Shown piece by piece: positions 53,472 to 62,921 of a stretch of 64,000 nt of DNA; position 1 is the stretch's first letter; the number at the start of each line of letters is the position of its first letter. Under the pieces are notes generated by a model. That model had not been told where the DNA came from and did no database searches. It saw only the letters and a program-made list of their open reading frames with translations. The translations under genes and the position numbers were made by a program. This stretch comes from Alphaproteobacteria bacterium (GTDB lineage: Bacteria > Pseudomonadota > Alphaproteobacteria > SP197), in NCBI GenBank assembly GCA_016869675.1, contig VGDP01000007.1:4286-68285 (forward strand). Direction: 5' to 3'.

Positions 53472-54416
53472 TCAATTCGCGGGCGTCCGCGCCAGGATCG
53501 CGCGGGCCTCAGCGCAGTCGACGGCCATGCGCGCCTTGAGCGCGTCGACGTCGGCGAAGCGTTCCTCGCGCCGGATGCGCTCGACGAAGGCGATGCGGAC
53601 GCGCCGGCCGTAGACGTCGCCCCGCCAGTCGAACACGAACACCTCGAGCAGCGTACCCACGCCATCGAAGGTCGGGCGGGTGCCCAGGCTGGCGACGGCG
53701 TCGCGCCACACCAGCCGCCCGCCCTCTGTCATGCCGGCGCGCACGGCGTAGATGCCGTGGTTGGGCACCAGCCGCCCCTCGGTCGCCAGGTTAGCGGTGG
53801 GGTAGCCCAGCGTGCGGCCGAGCCTGGCGCCGTGGATGACGCGCCCTTCGAACTCCCACACCCGGCCGAGCCGGCGCGCCGCCTCGTCCACTTGGCCCCG
53901 GCGCAGCAGCACGCGGATGTCGGTCGCCGAGCACGTCGTCCCGGCGAAGCTCTCGGTGGCGACCTGGCTGTAGGCGAAGCCTTCCATCGCCGCCATCTGG
54001 CGCAGCACGGTGCCGCTGCCCTTGCGCCCCTTGCCGAACACGAAACCGGGCCCAGTGACCACGTGGCTGACGCCCAGGCCGTCCACGAGCGTGCCGGCGA
54101 CGAAATCCTGGGCGAGCGTGCCGGCGAGGCGGGCGTCGAAGCGCAACGCGAAGACCACGTCGAGACCCAAGTCCGCCAGCAGGCGCATCTTGGCGCGGAA
54201 CGGCGTGATGCGGAACGGCACGCTGGTCTGTTGGAAGTAGCCGCGCGGATGCGGCTCGAACGTCACCAGGCCGAGCGGCCGGCCGGTGGCGCCAGCCAGG
54301 CGGCGCGCCTCGTCGATGACCGCCCGATGGCCGCGGTGCAAGCCGTCGAAGTTGCCAAGCGCGACCACAGCGCCGCGCACGGGCGCCGGTGTCGGCGCGT
54401 GCCGCACGATCCTCAT
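53472..54416 (-). CDS. ribF: bifunctional riboflavin kinase/FAD synthetase
   Basis: ALGNFDGLHRGH, TFEPHP, GRTLGYPTAN, RPTF, LEVFVFD. Confidence 0.95.
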   Translation of the reverse strand: MRIVRHAPTPAPVRGAVVALGNFDGLHRGHRAVIDEARRLAGATGRPLGLVTFEPHPRGYFQQTSVPFRITPFRAKMRLLADLGLDVVFALRFDARLAGTLAQDFVAGTLVDGLGVSHVVTGPGFVFGKGRKGSGTVLRQMAAMEGFAYSQVATESFAGTTCSATDIRVLLRRGQVDEAARRLGRVWEFEGRVIHGARLGRTLGYPTANLATEGRLVPNHGIYAVRAGMTEGGRLVWRDAVASLGTRPTFDGVGTLLEVFVFDWRGDVYGRRVRIAFVERIRREERFADVDALKARMAVDCAEARAILARTPAN

Positions 54417-54463
54417 GGGGCCGCCTTTAGCGCAGAACAGGCCCCCGACTCAACGGGCGGGAA

Positions 54464-54940
54464 TCAGCCGGCGACGACGACGCGGGGCGTGGCGGCGCTG
54501 GTCGCGGCCTTGGCGGCGCGGGTCGGCACGACGACCACCGCCTCGCCTTCGATGACCGCCTTGTCGCCGACGCTGCACGTGGTCTTGAGCGTCACGCGGC
54601 GCCGTTCCGTGATGATCTCCGTGATCGTGGCGCGCGCCCGAACCGTGTCGCCGGCGCGCACCGGGGCCAGGAACTTGAGGTTCTGGCCCACATAGACACA
54701 ACCGGGACCCGGCAACTTGGTGCCGAGCACCGTGGAAATCAGGCTGGCGGTCAGCATGCCGTGGGCGATGCAGCCCTCGAACATGGTGCCGGCGGCGAAC
54801 TCCTGGTTCAGGTGCACCGGGTTTATGTCGCCGGAGACCCCGGCGAACAGCGTGATGTCGGCGGCGTTGATGGTCTTCGCGTACATCGCCGTCATGCCGA
54901 CGGCGAGGTCCTCGATGAAAAACCCGTGCAACTCGTCCAT
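54464..54940 (-). CDS. MaoC-family (R)-enoyl-CoA hydratase (PhaJ-like)
   Basis: FAGVSGDINPVHL, IAHGML, LPGPG, FLAPV. Confidence 0.9.
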   Translation of the reverse strand: MDELHGFFIEDLAVGMTAMYAKTINAADITLFAGVSGDINPVHLNQEFAAGTMFEGCIAHGMLTASLISTVLGTKLPGPGCVYVGQNLKFLAPVRAGDTVRARATITEIITERRRVTLKTTCSVGDKAVIEGEAVVVVPTRAAKAATSAATPRVVVAG

Positions 54941-55098
54941 GGTCCTACCGCATTCGCGAGCGGCCGAGCCGCTCTTTTGTTGCGCTGCACTATAGGTCAT
55001 CGTCCACACCCTCTCAAGGCCAACGATACGGCCCGTCAACGATTTTGCTGCGTTGCACCGACCCCGATCGGACGGCAAGCAAGGACGGGGCCACGGGA

Positions 55099-55617
55099 TC
55101 AGCCGATGCGTATCTCGATTCGGACCCCTTGGACGATTTCCCGCCGAAGTTCCACGTAATCGACCGGCCCTAGCAGGTGGCTGATCGCGAGGCCATCGTC
55201 GCTGAGCGGGCAGACGCAGGCGCGGTAGCGCAGCTCATCGCCCAGGGCGTTGGGCGTCAGGCCGTCGCTGAGCAGCGGCGCGCGCCGTAGCAGCGCCTCG
55301 CGGCACGGCGCGTGGAGCAGATCGCGCAGGCGCGGCGGCACGCCATTGGCGCCAGTGCCTTCGTCCATGCCGTAGCCGCGGCGCAGGGCATGGCCGAGAT
55401 GGTCGAAACGCCAGCCCGCCGACGCGGTTGCGGCCACGAAGCAGAAGCGCCACAGGTTGTTGATCGCCGTCGCGTCGACCTCGTCCAGCGCCGGGAACGG
55501 CCGGCCGTGGCGCAGGCCCTGCCGGTAGAGCAGCAGCAGGTTGACCTTGCGCCGTTCGGTATCGTGCTGCGGGCCGGATCCCGTATCGGCGGGCGGGTGG
55601 GCGACCGTGGCGTCCAT
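55099..55617 (-). CDS. hypothetical protein, possibly PAS_5/DUF1457-like
   Basis: ERR....LL.Y, RYRACVCPLSDDG..ISHLLG resembles Rhodospirillales PAS-like proteins. Confidence 0.5.
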   Translation of the reverse strand: MDATVAHPPADTGSGPQHDTERRKVNLLLLYRQGLRHGRPFPALDEVDATAINNLWRFCFVAATASAGWRFDHLGHALRRGYGMDEGTGANGVPPRLRDLLHAPCREALLRRAPLLSDGLTPNALGDELRYRACVCPLSDDGLAISHLLGPVDYVELRREIVQGVRIEIRIG

Positions 55618-55734
55618 GGCATCCCGCTGGCTACGGCCGAGCGCGCCCTGTGGATGGTTCGAACAGCGCACGATGACGAAGGCTGCTTAACGATCCGTAA
55701 CGATGGTGAAGCCTGAGGAACCCTGGGCGCGGCG

Positions 55735-56748
55735 TCAGGACGCGCGGCTTGTCTCGCGCCGGCGCCGGCGCGCGCCCGTGCCTTCGGCCGGGGGCGCAGC
55801 GCGCTGCAGCCCGAGCCGGGCCGCGACCAGATCGACGGTCGGGCGCGGCTGGACCCCGGGCTCGGCGAGCGCATGGGCCATGGCGGCGACGTGGGCCGCG
55901 GTCGAGCCGCAGCAGCCGCCGATGATGCGCGCGCCCGACGCCTTGGCAAGCCGGGCGTACTCGGCCATCACGGCGGGGGTGCCGGTGTAGTGGATGTGGC
56001 CGTCGACGTACTCGGGGATGCCGCAATTGCCCTTGGCGACGAGCGTGGCTTCGGCCGGCCCGCCGCGCGCCAGACCGAGCACGGCTGCCACCAGTTCGCC
56101 CGGGCCGTTGCCGCAATTGGCGCCGCACGCGGCGAGGCGCGGGTCAAGGCCGTCGAAGAAGACGCGGGCGTCCTCGGGCGCGATGCCCATCATGGTGCGC
56201 CCGTTGGTGTCGAACGTCATGGTCGCGACGATCGGCAGCCCGGTCGCGCGCGCGCCGGACACGGCGGCGGCCACCTCCTCGCGCGCGGACATGGTCTCGA
56301 CCCACAGCACGTCGGCGCCGCCCTCGGCCAGGGCGTGCGCCTGTTCGGCGAAGACGGTGGTCGCCTTGTCGTGGGTCAGGGGCCCGAGCGGCTCGAACAG
56401 CTCGCCGGTCGGACCCATCGACCCGGCCACGGCGACCAGGCGCCCGGCCTCGTCGGCCGCGCGGCGGGCGAGCCGCGCCGCCGCAGCGTTGAGTTCGGCC
56501 ACGCGGCCTTCGGCGCCGTGCAGCTTGAGGCGGCTGCGCGTGCCGCCGAAGCTGTTGGTCAGGATGATGTCCGAGCCGGCGGCGATGAAGTCGCGGTGGA
56601 CGCGCAGCACCGCGTCCGGGTTCTCGACGTTCCACAACTCGGGACAGGCACCGTTGGGCAGGCCCAGGGCGAACAGGTTGGTGCCCATGGCGCCGTCGGC
56701 CAGCAGGCAACGGCGCTCGGCCAGCAGGGCCTGGAAGCGGTTGGTCAC
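55735..56748 (-). CDS. bmt: betaine--homocysteine S-methyltransferase (stand-alone Hcy-binding domain)
   Basis: LADGAMGTNL, AGSDIILTNSFG, GANCG, KGNCGIP, IIGGCCG. Confidence 0.88.
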   Translation of the reverse strand: MTNRFQALLAERRCLLADGAMGTNLFALGLPNGACPELWNVENPDAVLRVHRDFIAAGSDIILTNSFGGTRSRLKLHGAEGRVAELNAAAARLARRAADEAGRLVAVAGSMGPTGELFEPLGPLTHDKATTVFAEQAHALAEGGADVLWVETMSAREEVAAAVSGARATGLPIVATMTFDTNGRTMMGIAPEDARVFFDGLDPRLAACGANCGNGPGELVAAVLGLARGGPAEATLVAKGNCGIPEYVDGHIHYTGTPAVMAEYARLAKASGARIIGGCCGSTAAHVAAMAHALAEPGVQPRPTVDLVAARLGLQRAAPPAEGTGARRRRRETSRAS

Positions 56749-56776
56749 GACGCCTGTCCCATATCGCCCGGGACAA

Positions 56777-56946
56777 TAGAGCAACAACCGGTCGGACCAC
56801 ACCACTTAGGTTCGATTTGCTCGGATTCCGTTGCCCACGATTCGTCGCGCCACGAGCGGGGCGCCCGCTCTGGATCGTTGAATCGCGAGCAACATTTTCC
56901 GATCAGCCTGGACCTCGGCGGTTCAGGCCGATCGGACGTTGCTCTG
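56777..56946. repeat. TAGAGCAAC...GTTGCTCT MITE-like element, second copy
   Basis: Imperfect terminal inverted repeats; right end identical over 18 bp to 38308-38325. Confidence 0.7.
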
Positions 56947-56979
56947 GGCGCGGGCCGAGGCGGGTCCAGGCGTTGACAG

Positions 56980-57210
56980 TCAGCCGCCGGCGACCTGGCC
57001 GGTGGCGTCGGACGCGGTTTCGAACAGATTGCCCACGTCGTCGGCGAACAGCACCACGGCGGCGACGACCGCCACGGCGATGCACGCCGCGATCAGGCCG
57101 TATTCGATGGCCGTCACGCCGCGCCGGTCGACCGCGAAGGTCCGCAGGGCCGTCACGGGCGAACGCAGCGCCATGGCCGCCCGGGTCAGCATGTCCTTGT
57201 CGCTAAGCAT
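56980..57210 (-). CDS. flp: Flp/type IVb pilin
   Basis: G|VTAIEYGLIAA prepilin cleavage and Flp motif followed by a hydrophobic helix. Confidence 0.88.
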   Translation of the reverse strand: MLSDKDMLTRAAMALRSPVTALRTFAVDRRGVTAIEYGLIAACIAVAVVAAVVLFADDVGNLFETASDATGQVAGG

Positions 57211-57347
57211 GGTCGTCTCCTCGATCGTCGAGGCACTGACGGCCCCATAAAACGCTAGGGCGATGGCGGCACCGGGTCAGTGTGCCCGGTCACAGCCATG
57301 CCGTGCGGCCATTGTTCCCCGCCAGGGTTAACCGTTCCTTGCGCCGG

Positions 57348-57962
57348 TCACGGCGCGCCCCGGGCGCGCTGGCGCCCTTCCACAACGGCGGCAATCTGGC
57401 TGGCCGCCGCGACCTGCGCCTGGGACAGGCCATTTCTCAACGTCGCGATGTTCGCCTGGGCGTCGGCATGGCCGCGCGCGGCGGCCATCATGACCCAGAC
57501 GAGCCCACGGATGCCGACGACGTGCGCCTCCGAGAGCGCGCCCAGCATGCCGGCGCGGTACTGGGCATCCACATGGCCGTTCTGGGCGGCGACCTCGTAC
57601 CACAGCAGGGCGACGCCCAGGTCCGGCGCCACGCTCTGACCGCGTTCGTGGATCGCGCCCAGCATGAACTGCGCCGCCGCGTAATCGGCGGCGGCGGCAC
57701 GCTGGAACGATTCGAGCGCGGCGGCGTGGTTCTGGATGGTGCCCAGCCCGAACAGATAGAGCAGGCCCAGGTTGTACTGGCCTTCGGGGATGCCGGCCGC
57801 GGACGCCGCGGCAAACTCCTCGTAGGCGGCGGTGTAATCGCCCTGCTGGTAGGCGTGCAGGCCATCGTTGACGTCGGCGAGGGTGACCGGCGCGAGGCCC
57901 GGCGCCGCCGCCGCGACCAGCGCGGCGACCGGCGCCCGTCCCCCCAGGCGAAGCGCGTTTAT
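57348..57962 (-). CDS. Sel1-repeat (SLR) protein, possibly with a mutated start codon
   Basis: GQYNLGLLYLFGLG, AAQFMLGAIHERG, WYEVAAQNGHVDAQY; in-frame ATA at 57962 precedes a signal-like segment. Confidence 0.7.
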   Translation of the reverse strand: MNALRLGGRAPVAALVAAAAPGLAPVTLADVNDGLHAYQQGDYTAAYEEFAAASAAGIPEGQYNLGLLYLFGLGTIQNHAAALESFQRAAAADYAAAQFMLGAIHERGQSVAPDLGVALLWYEVAAQNGHVDAQYRAGMLGALSEAHVVGIRGLVWVMMAAARGHADAQANIATLRNGLSQAQVAAASQIAAVVEGRQRARGAP

Positions 57963-58030
57963 GGGGCGATTGTGCGCCCGAGGGGCACCGCGATCAACGG
58001 ATCGCGCGCCCCAACGGCGATTTCCTGCGG

Positions 58031-58855
58031 CTACACCAGTTGGACGGCACCCGGCGTGTGCTGGCGCAGCTTGGCGATGTAGGGCTCGCCGAAGTTGGTG
58101 CCCGGCTGGCAGTCGTAGCTGAACAGGCCGACGATGCGCCGCGTCGCGCCCTTGACCGGGCTGACGCGGTGCAGGGTCCGGTTGCCCTGGAAGACGTTGA
58201 GGTCGCCCACCGCGAGCTTGACGCGGCGCACCACGTCGGATGCGCCGGCGAAGGCGGCCGCGACGCCCTCGTAGTTCTCGTCCGACTCGCTGCGGATATT
58301 GGGCGCGTACTCGAACAGGCCACCATCCTCGGGCGCGCGCAGCAGGACCGAGAACACCACGTCGTTGCCGTCGAAGTGCCAGCCGTCGGTGTCGCCCTCG
58401 CCGGCAACTTTGGCGGTGAGCGCGAGGTGTGGGCATTCGCTGCGGTGGAACGTGGCGTAGCCCATCAACTGGCGCAGGAACTCGCGCAGCGGCTCCCAGC
58501 AGTAGACGCGGCGCAGGGGCGAGTCGTTGGCGATCTGGTGGTTCAACACCTGGTGGTAGCTGAACCGGTGGCGCACCGTGCGCGGGTGGCCGGCCGGCCA
58601 AGCGGTGTCCTTGTCGGCGTAGCTGTAGCTGCCGCCCTCGGTGTCGAGCCGGCTGGCGATGGGTACGCGGACCTCCAGCTCCTCGGCCATGTACCGCGCC
58701 GCCTCGGGCCGCACGAACCCGGGCAGCGTGTATAGCGCGTCCCGTTGAAGCGTGGCCTGGCCTTCACGCAGCAGATCGGCGACCGCCACGCCGTCCGGCC
58801 GGTGCAGCGGATAGCGATCGAGATCGACGATCGCCTCGATGGTGTTGAACCTCAT
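58031..58855 (-). CDS. Fe(II)/2OG oxygenase, BesD/HalD-like fold with an HxD triad
   Basis: IVDLDRYPL, GWHFDGN, GG.FEY.PNIR, FQG..TLHRVSPV, R for 2OG binding. Confidence 0.75.
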   Translation of the reverse strand: MRFNTIEAIVDLDRYPLHRPDGVAVADLLREGQATLQRDALYTLPGFVRPEAARYMAEELEVRVPIASRLDTEGGSYSYADKDTAWPAGHPRTVRHRFSYHQVLNHQIANDSPLRRVYCWEPLREFLRQLMGYATFHRSECPHLALTAKVAGEGDTDGWHFDGNDVVFSVLLRAPEDGGLFEYAPNIRSESDENYEGVAAAFAGASDVVRRVKLAVGDLNVFQGNRTLHRVSPVKGATRRIVGLFSYDCQPGTNFGEPYIAKLRQHTPGAVQLV

Positions 58856-59003
58856 GGTTGGGCCCTCCACGGCGATTCTTGCTGGGATCGTATACACGCG
58901 GTCGGTGTTCGCCAACGCTGGAGGGGCCCTTCGATACGACGCTTCGCGTCTACTCAGGGCGAACGGCGTTGGTACGCCGACAACCGTGTCCTCGCGCGGC
59001 GCG

Positions 59004-60254
59004 TCAGATCTCCTCCCAGGGGAAGCTGTCGAGCCGCTCGACCCCGCCCGCGCGGATCACGACCTGGGTCTCCAGCTTGACCGATTCCCGCTCGCCGGGC
59101 GTGCCGATCAGGCTTTCGACGCACACGGTCATGTTCTCCTCGAAGCGCCCCTCGTACATGGCGTCGAAGTCCGGGTGCAGCAGCACGCCCGGCCATTCGT
59201 CGGCCATGCCGACGCCGTGCAGCACCACCGAGTAGCGGCCGCCCACGTACTTGTCGGGGATGCGCCAGGACTTCGCGTTGAACTCGTGGAACGTCAGGCC
59301 GGGGCGCAGGATCGCGCAGTTGTGGCGGATCTGGTCGAGCGCCGCGGCGTAGAGCGTGCGCTGCGCGTTGGTCATCCTGGTGTGGCCGATGGTCCACGAG
59401 CGCGAGATGTCGGCGCAGTAGCCGTAGGGTCCGATCAAGTCGGTATCGACGCCCAGCATATCGCCCAGCTCGGCCACGTGATCGGAGGCTTCCTGGAACC
59501 ATGGGTTGGTGCGCTGACCGACGGTCAGCAGCCGGGTCTCGATCCATTCGCCGCCCGAACGGATGTTCTCGTAGTGCAGGTCGGCCCAGATCTCCTGCTC
59601 GGTCTTGTCGGGCAACGAACTGTCGTACATGCGCGCCAGGCCAGCCTCGCACACGCGCACGGTCCAGCGCATGATCTCGAGTTCGTCCTCGCCTTTGATC
59701 GAGCGCGCGATCTCGGTGATCTGCTGGCCCTCGACGATGGTGATGCCGCGCTTGCGCAAGGCGTCGACGCCCATGGGCTCCATGCGGTCGACGGCGAGGC
59801 GCCGGTTGGCGCCGCCGTGTTCACGCAGAACGTCGGCGATCTCGTCGGCCCACCGTTCGACGCGCTCCTCGAGCCGGCCGCCCGAGGACATGTAGAACCA
59901 GGTCGTCGCGAGGCGCACCTCGTCGATCGTCTCCAACCCGTTGGCCCGGTGCTCGGCGCCCTTGTACTGGAAGTCGATGGCCGGACCGTTGGCGCACACC
60001 AAGGCGTAGTGAAACATGTTGTGGGTCGCCCACAGCTGCATGTTCACCACGTCGAGCGCGTAGCGGATGTTGATCGGGTCGTAGAGCAGGATCGCCGCGC
60101 AATCGTGGCGCGCGAGTTCGGCGCGCAGCCGCTGCTGCCGGAAGGCGCGGGCGCGCTTCAGCGTGGCCAGCGGAATGGGGCTCTTCATCGGCTTGTCGCG
60201 GCCCTCGGGATTGAGATAGGCCGCCTTGCGCGGGTCCTTGAACACGTCGACCAT
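59004..60254 (-). CDS. dddP: M24B-fold metalloenzyme, DddP (DMSP lyase)-like
   Basis: DPINIRYA, NMQLW..HN, ENIRSGGEWIETRLL, RTNPWFQE, DTDLIG.YG..DISR, HGVG..DEWP, CVE, KLE. Confidence 0.78.
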   Translation of the reverse strand: MVDVFKDPRKAAYLNPEGRDKPMKSPIPLATLKRARAFRQQRLRAELARHDCAAILLYDPINIRYALDVVNMQLWATHNMFHYALVCANGPAIDFQYKGAEHRANGLETIDEVRLATTWFYMSSGGRLEERVERWADEIADVLREHGGANRRLAVDRMEPMGVDALRKRGITIVEGQQITEIARSIKGEDELEIMRWTVRVCEAGLARMYDSSLPDKTEQEIWADLHYENIRSGGEWIETRLLTVGQRTNPWFQEASDHVAELGDMLGVDTDLIGPYGYCADISRSWTIGHTRMTNAQRTLYAAALDQIRHNCAILRPGLTFHEFNAKSWRIPDKYVGGRYSVVLHGVGMADEWPGVLLHPDFDAMYEGRFEENMTVCVESLIGTPGERESVKLETQVVIRAGGVERLDSFPWEEI

Positions 60255-60446
60255 AGGCACGTCACCCACGGGCCTGTCCGATGCCCGCCTTTCGGCCGGC
60301 GATCTAGCGGCATCCGCGAACGGCTCGCAAGGGTGCGCGCGACGATGCCGCTTGCCCGGCGCTCAGCGAACAGCCAGACTGTATTCATCCGAGAACAGCG
60401 ACGCGCGGCGCATCGGCGCGCGCGGTCGCCAGCCAAGGGGGCCATC

Positions 60447-61850
60447 ATGGCGCGCTCGAACGTCGCGTACGACACCAAGGAGATCTGGCAGAAGGACAAG
60501 GACCACTTCATCCACCCGTGGACCAACTTCGCCACCTTCAACGACCAGGGCAGCGAGGTGATCGCCGCGGGCGACGGCGCCTACATCTACGATTCCAACG
60601 GCACCAAGTACCTGGACGGCATCGGCGGTCTGTGGTGCGTCAACATCGGCTACGGCCGCGACGAGATGGCCGAGGCGATCGCCGAGCAGGTGCGCCGGCT
60701 GCCCTACTTCTCGCCGTTCGGGCACCAGACCAACCCGCCCGCGGCGCTGCTGGCCGACAAGCTGGCCGACTTGGCGCCCAAGCACATCAACCACGTGTTC
60801 TACAGCAACAGCGGGTCGGTCGCGAACGACACCGCCGTGCGCATCGTCCACTTCTACTTCAACCAGATCGGCAAGCCGAAGAAGAAGCTGATCATCAGCC
60901 GGGTCGACGCGTACCACGGCATGACCTACCTGTCGGCGGCGCTGACAGGCGTGGCGTTCGACAAGATCGGCTTCGACACGGCCGAGAGCGTGGTGCGCCA
61001 CGTCAGCGCGCCCTACACCTACCGGCGCCCGGCCGGCATGACGCCGGAACAGTTCCTCGACCACCTGGTCAAGGAGCTGGACGCCAAGGTGCAGGAGCTC
61101 GGGCCCGACAACTGCGCCGCGTTCATCGCCGAGCCGATCATGGGCGCCGGCGGCGTGCTGGTGGCGCCCCAGGGTTATCACCGGCGCATGAAGGAGGTGT
61201 GCCAGAAGTACGGCATGCTCTACATCTCGGATGAGGTGGTCACCGGCTTCGGCCGCCTCGGGCACTTCTTCGCGTCCGAGCCGGTGTTCGACGTCACGCC
61301 CGACATCATCACCTCGGCCAAGGGCATCTCGTCGGGCTATCTGCCGCTGGGCGCGACGCTGATCTCGGACCAGATCTACGACGCGCTGCGGACGCCCCAG
61401 GCCAAGGGTGCCCTGTTCACCATCGGCTACACCTATTCGGGCCATCCGGTGGTGTGCGCCGCCGCGCTCAAGAACATCGAGATCATGGAGCGCGAGGACA
61501 TCCCGGGCCACGTGCGCAAAGTCGGCCCGTACTTCGAGCAGCAGCTCGCCACCCTGCTCGACCTGCCGCTGGTCGGCGACGTGCGCGGCAAGGGCTTCAT
61601 GATGTGCATCGAGAACGTGGCCAACAAGCAGACCAAGGAGCTGCTGCCGCCCGAGGCCGACGTCGGCGGGCGCATCGCGCGCCACTGCCAGGAACGCGGC
61701 CTGATCGTGCGGCCGCTGGGCCATCTGAACATCATGTCGCCGCCGCTGATCCTGACCAAGGAGCAGATCGACTTCTTCGTCGGCACGCTGCGCGAGGCGA
61801 TCAAGCTGACCCAGGACGACTTGGTGCGCGAGAAGCTCTGGAAGGGCTAG
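60447..61850 (+). CDS. class III PLP aminotransferase
   Basis: YLDGIGGLWCVNIGYG, SGSVAND, AYHG, FIAEPIMGAGG, DEVVTGFGR, SAKGISSGY. Confidence 0.93.
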   Translation: MARSNVAYDTKEIWQKDKDHFIHPWTNFATFNDQGSEVIAAGDGAYIYDSNGTKYLDGIGGLWCVNIGYGRDEMAEAIAEQVRRLPYFSPFGHQTNPPAALLADKLADLAPKHINHVFYSNSGSVANDTAVRIVHFYFNQIGKPKKKLIISRVDAYHGMTYLSAALTGVAFDKIGFDTAESVVRHVSAPYTYRRPAGMTPEQFLDHLVKELDAKVQELGPDNCAAFIAEPIMGAGGVLVAPQGYHRRMKEVCQKYGMLYISDEVVTGFGRLGHFFASEPVFDVTPDIITSAKGISSGYLPLGATLISDQIYDALRTPQAKGALFTIGYTYSGHPVVCAAALKNIEIMEREDIPGHVRKVGPYFEQQLATLLDLPLVGDVRGKGFMMCIENVANKQTKELLPPEADVGGRIARHCQERGLIVRPLGHLNIMSPPLILTKEQIDFFVGTLREAIKLTQDDLVREKLWKG

Positions 61851-61873
61851 ACCGCGGCCGCACGGAACGACGG

Positions 61874-61899
61874 CATCGGGCGGGGCAACCCGCCCGATG
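61874..61899. terminator. GC-rich hairpin between convergent genes
   Basis: CATCGGGCGGG-GCAA-CCCGCCCGATG, 11-bp perfect stem; U-tract weak. Confidence 0.55.
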
Positions 61900-61923
61900 G
61901 CGTTTGCGGCCGGTGTCGTGGCG

Positions 61924-62823
61924 TCAGCGGCCGGCGAGATGCGCCGCGCACGCCGCGGCGAACGCCTCGGCCATGCGGGTCGGGCGCACGCCGGCCATGC
62001 GCGCGAGGCCAAGCCGTTCCGGCACCAGGGGCTCGGCCAGCCGCCGGTAGACCAGCCGCTTGCCGTCCAGCGCCTCCTCGCTCACGGGCCGCGAATGCAT
62101 CAGGGCGTAGCCGTGGCCGTTGCCGACCAGGCTGCGCACCATCTCGAAGGACGGCGATTCGTGGGCGATCAGCGGCTCGAGCCCGTGGGCGTGGAAGATC
62201 GACAGGAAGTAGTCGCGGCTGCGCGGCAGCGACAGCAGCACCATGGGCTCGGCGGCGAGCCGGCGCAGCGACACCTTCGGGCGCCGGGCGAGCGGATGGT
62301 CGGCCGGCAGCACCGCGTGGATCGGCACCTCGACCAACGGCGTGAACACCACGTCCTCGTCGAGACCGAGCCCGTAGGTGAGCGCCAATTCGTGGCGGCC
62401 CGAGCGCAGCCCTTCCCGCAGACCGTCGAGATCGCGCTCGTGCACCACGACACGAATCTCGGGGTGCCGGCGCGCCACGGCGCCGAGCAGCGCCGGCACC
62501 ACGAACGGCGCGAAGGTCACGAAGCAGCCGATGTCGAGCGTGCCGGCCAGGCCTTCGCCCAGGCCGCGCGCGGCGGCGCGCAGCCCGTCCGCGTGGCTGA
62601 GCAGGCTGCGCGCGTCGCCCACCAGGCGGCGGCCCGCCGGGGTCAGCGACAGGCCCTGGGCGTGGTGGCGGATGAAGAGCTGCACGCCGAGCCCGGCCTC
62701 GAGCTGGGCCAGCGCGGTCGACACCGAGGGCTGCGCCACGTGGCAGGCGCGCGCCGCTGCGGTGACCGATCCGCCATCCGCCGCGGCGACGAAGTAGCGC
62801 AGCTGCCGCAGGGTGTAAGTCAT
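61924..62823 (-). CDS. LysR-family transcriptional regulator
   Basis: TLRQLRYFVAAA..GSVTAAA...HVAQPSVS..L.QLE..LGVQLF.R. Confidence 0.94.
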   Translation of the reverse strand: MTYTLRQLRYFVAAADGGSVTAAARACHVAQPSVSTALAQLEAGLGVQLFIRHHAQGLSLTPAGRRLVGDARSLLSHADGLRAAARGLGEGLAGTLDIGCFVTFAPFVVPALLGAVARRHPEIRVVVHERDLDGLREGLRSGRHELALTYGLGLDEDVVFTPLVEVPIHAVLPADHPLARRPKVSLRRLAAEPMVLLSLPRSRDYFLSIFHAHGLEPLIAHESPSFEMVRSLVGNGHGYALMHSRPVSEEALDGKRLVYRRLAEPLVPERLGLARMAGVRPTRMAEAFAAACAAHLAGR

Positions 62824-62836
62824 AGGAATTGCCTAT
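62822..62836. promoter_or_regulatory. LysR T-N11-A recognition box
   Basis: ATAGG-AATTG-CCTAT overlapping the lysR start in the divergent intergenic region. Confidence 0.7.
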
Positions 62837-62921
62837 CCTTTGATACGGAAAATAATAGTTTTCATGTGCAGGGCGGGCGCGTCAAATCCGACGCCGAGGC
62901 CGACCACGGAGGATCGCGACC

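Noticed and set aside
55687..55710. CtrA site upstream of the PAS-like gene
   Set aside because: Half-sites are spaced N6 rather than N7; too weak to call
56750..56950. SAM or cobalamin riboswitch upstream of bmt
   Set aside because: No recognisable aptamer consensus; the structure is explained by the TAGAGC-type repeat shared with 38144-38327
58031..58855. Radical halogenase
   Set aside because: The iron-binding motif is HxD, not HxG/A
58839..60446. 1003-aa N-terminally extended aminotransferase fusion
   Set aside because: The extension is antisense to the dddP-like gene; the true start is ATG 60447 with an AAGGGGG RBS
3241..61850. Genome-wide TAG reassignment (alternative genetic code)
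   Set aside because: Many intact genes end at TAG at their expected C-termini (GMC oxidoreductase, SDR, argB, qmcA, nfeD, aminotransferase), so TAG works as a stop
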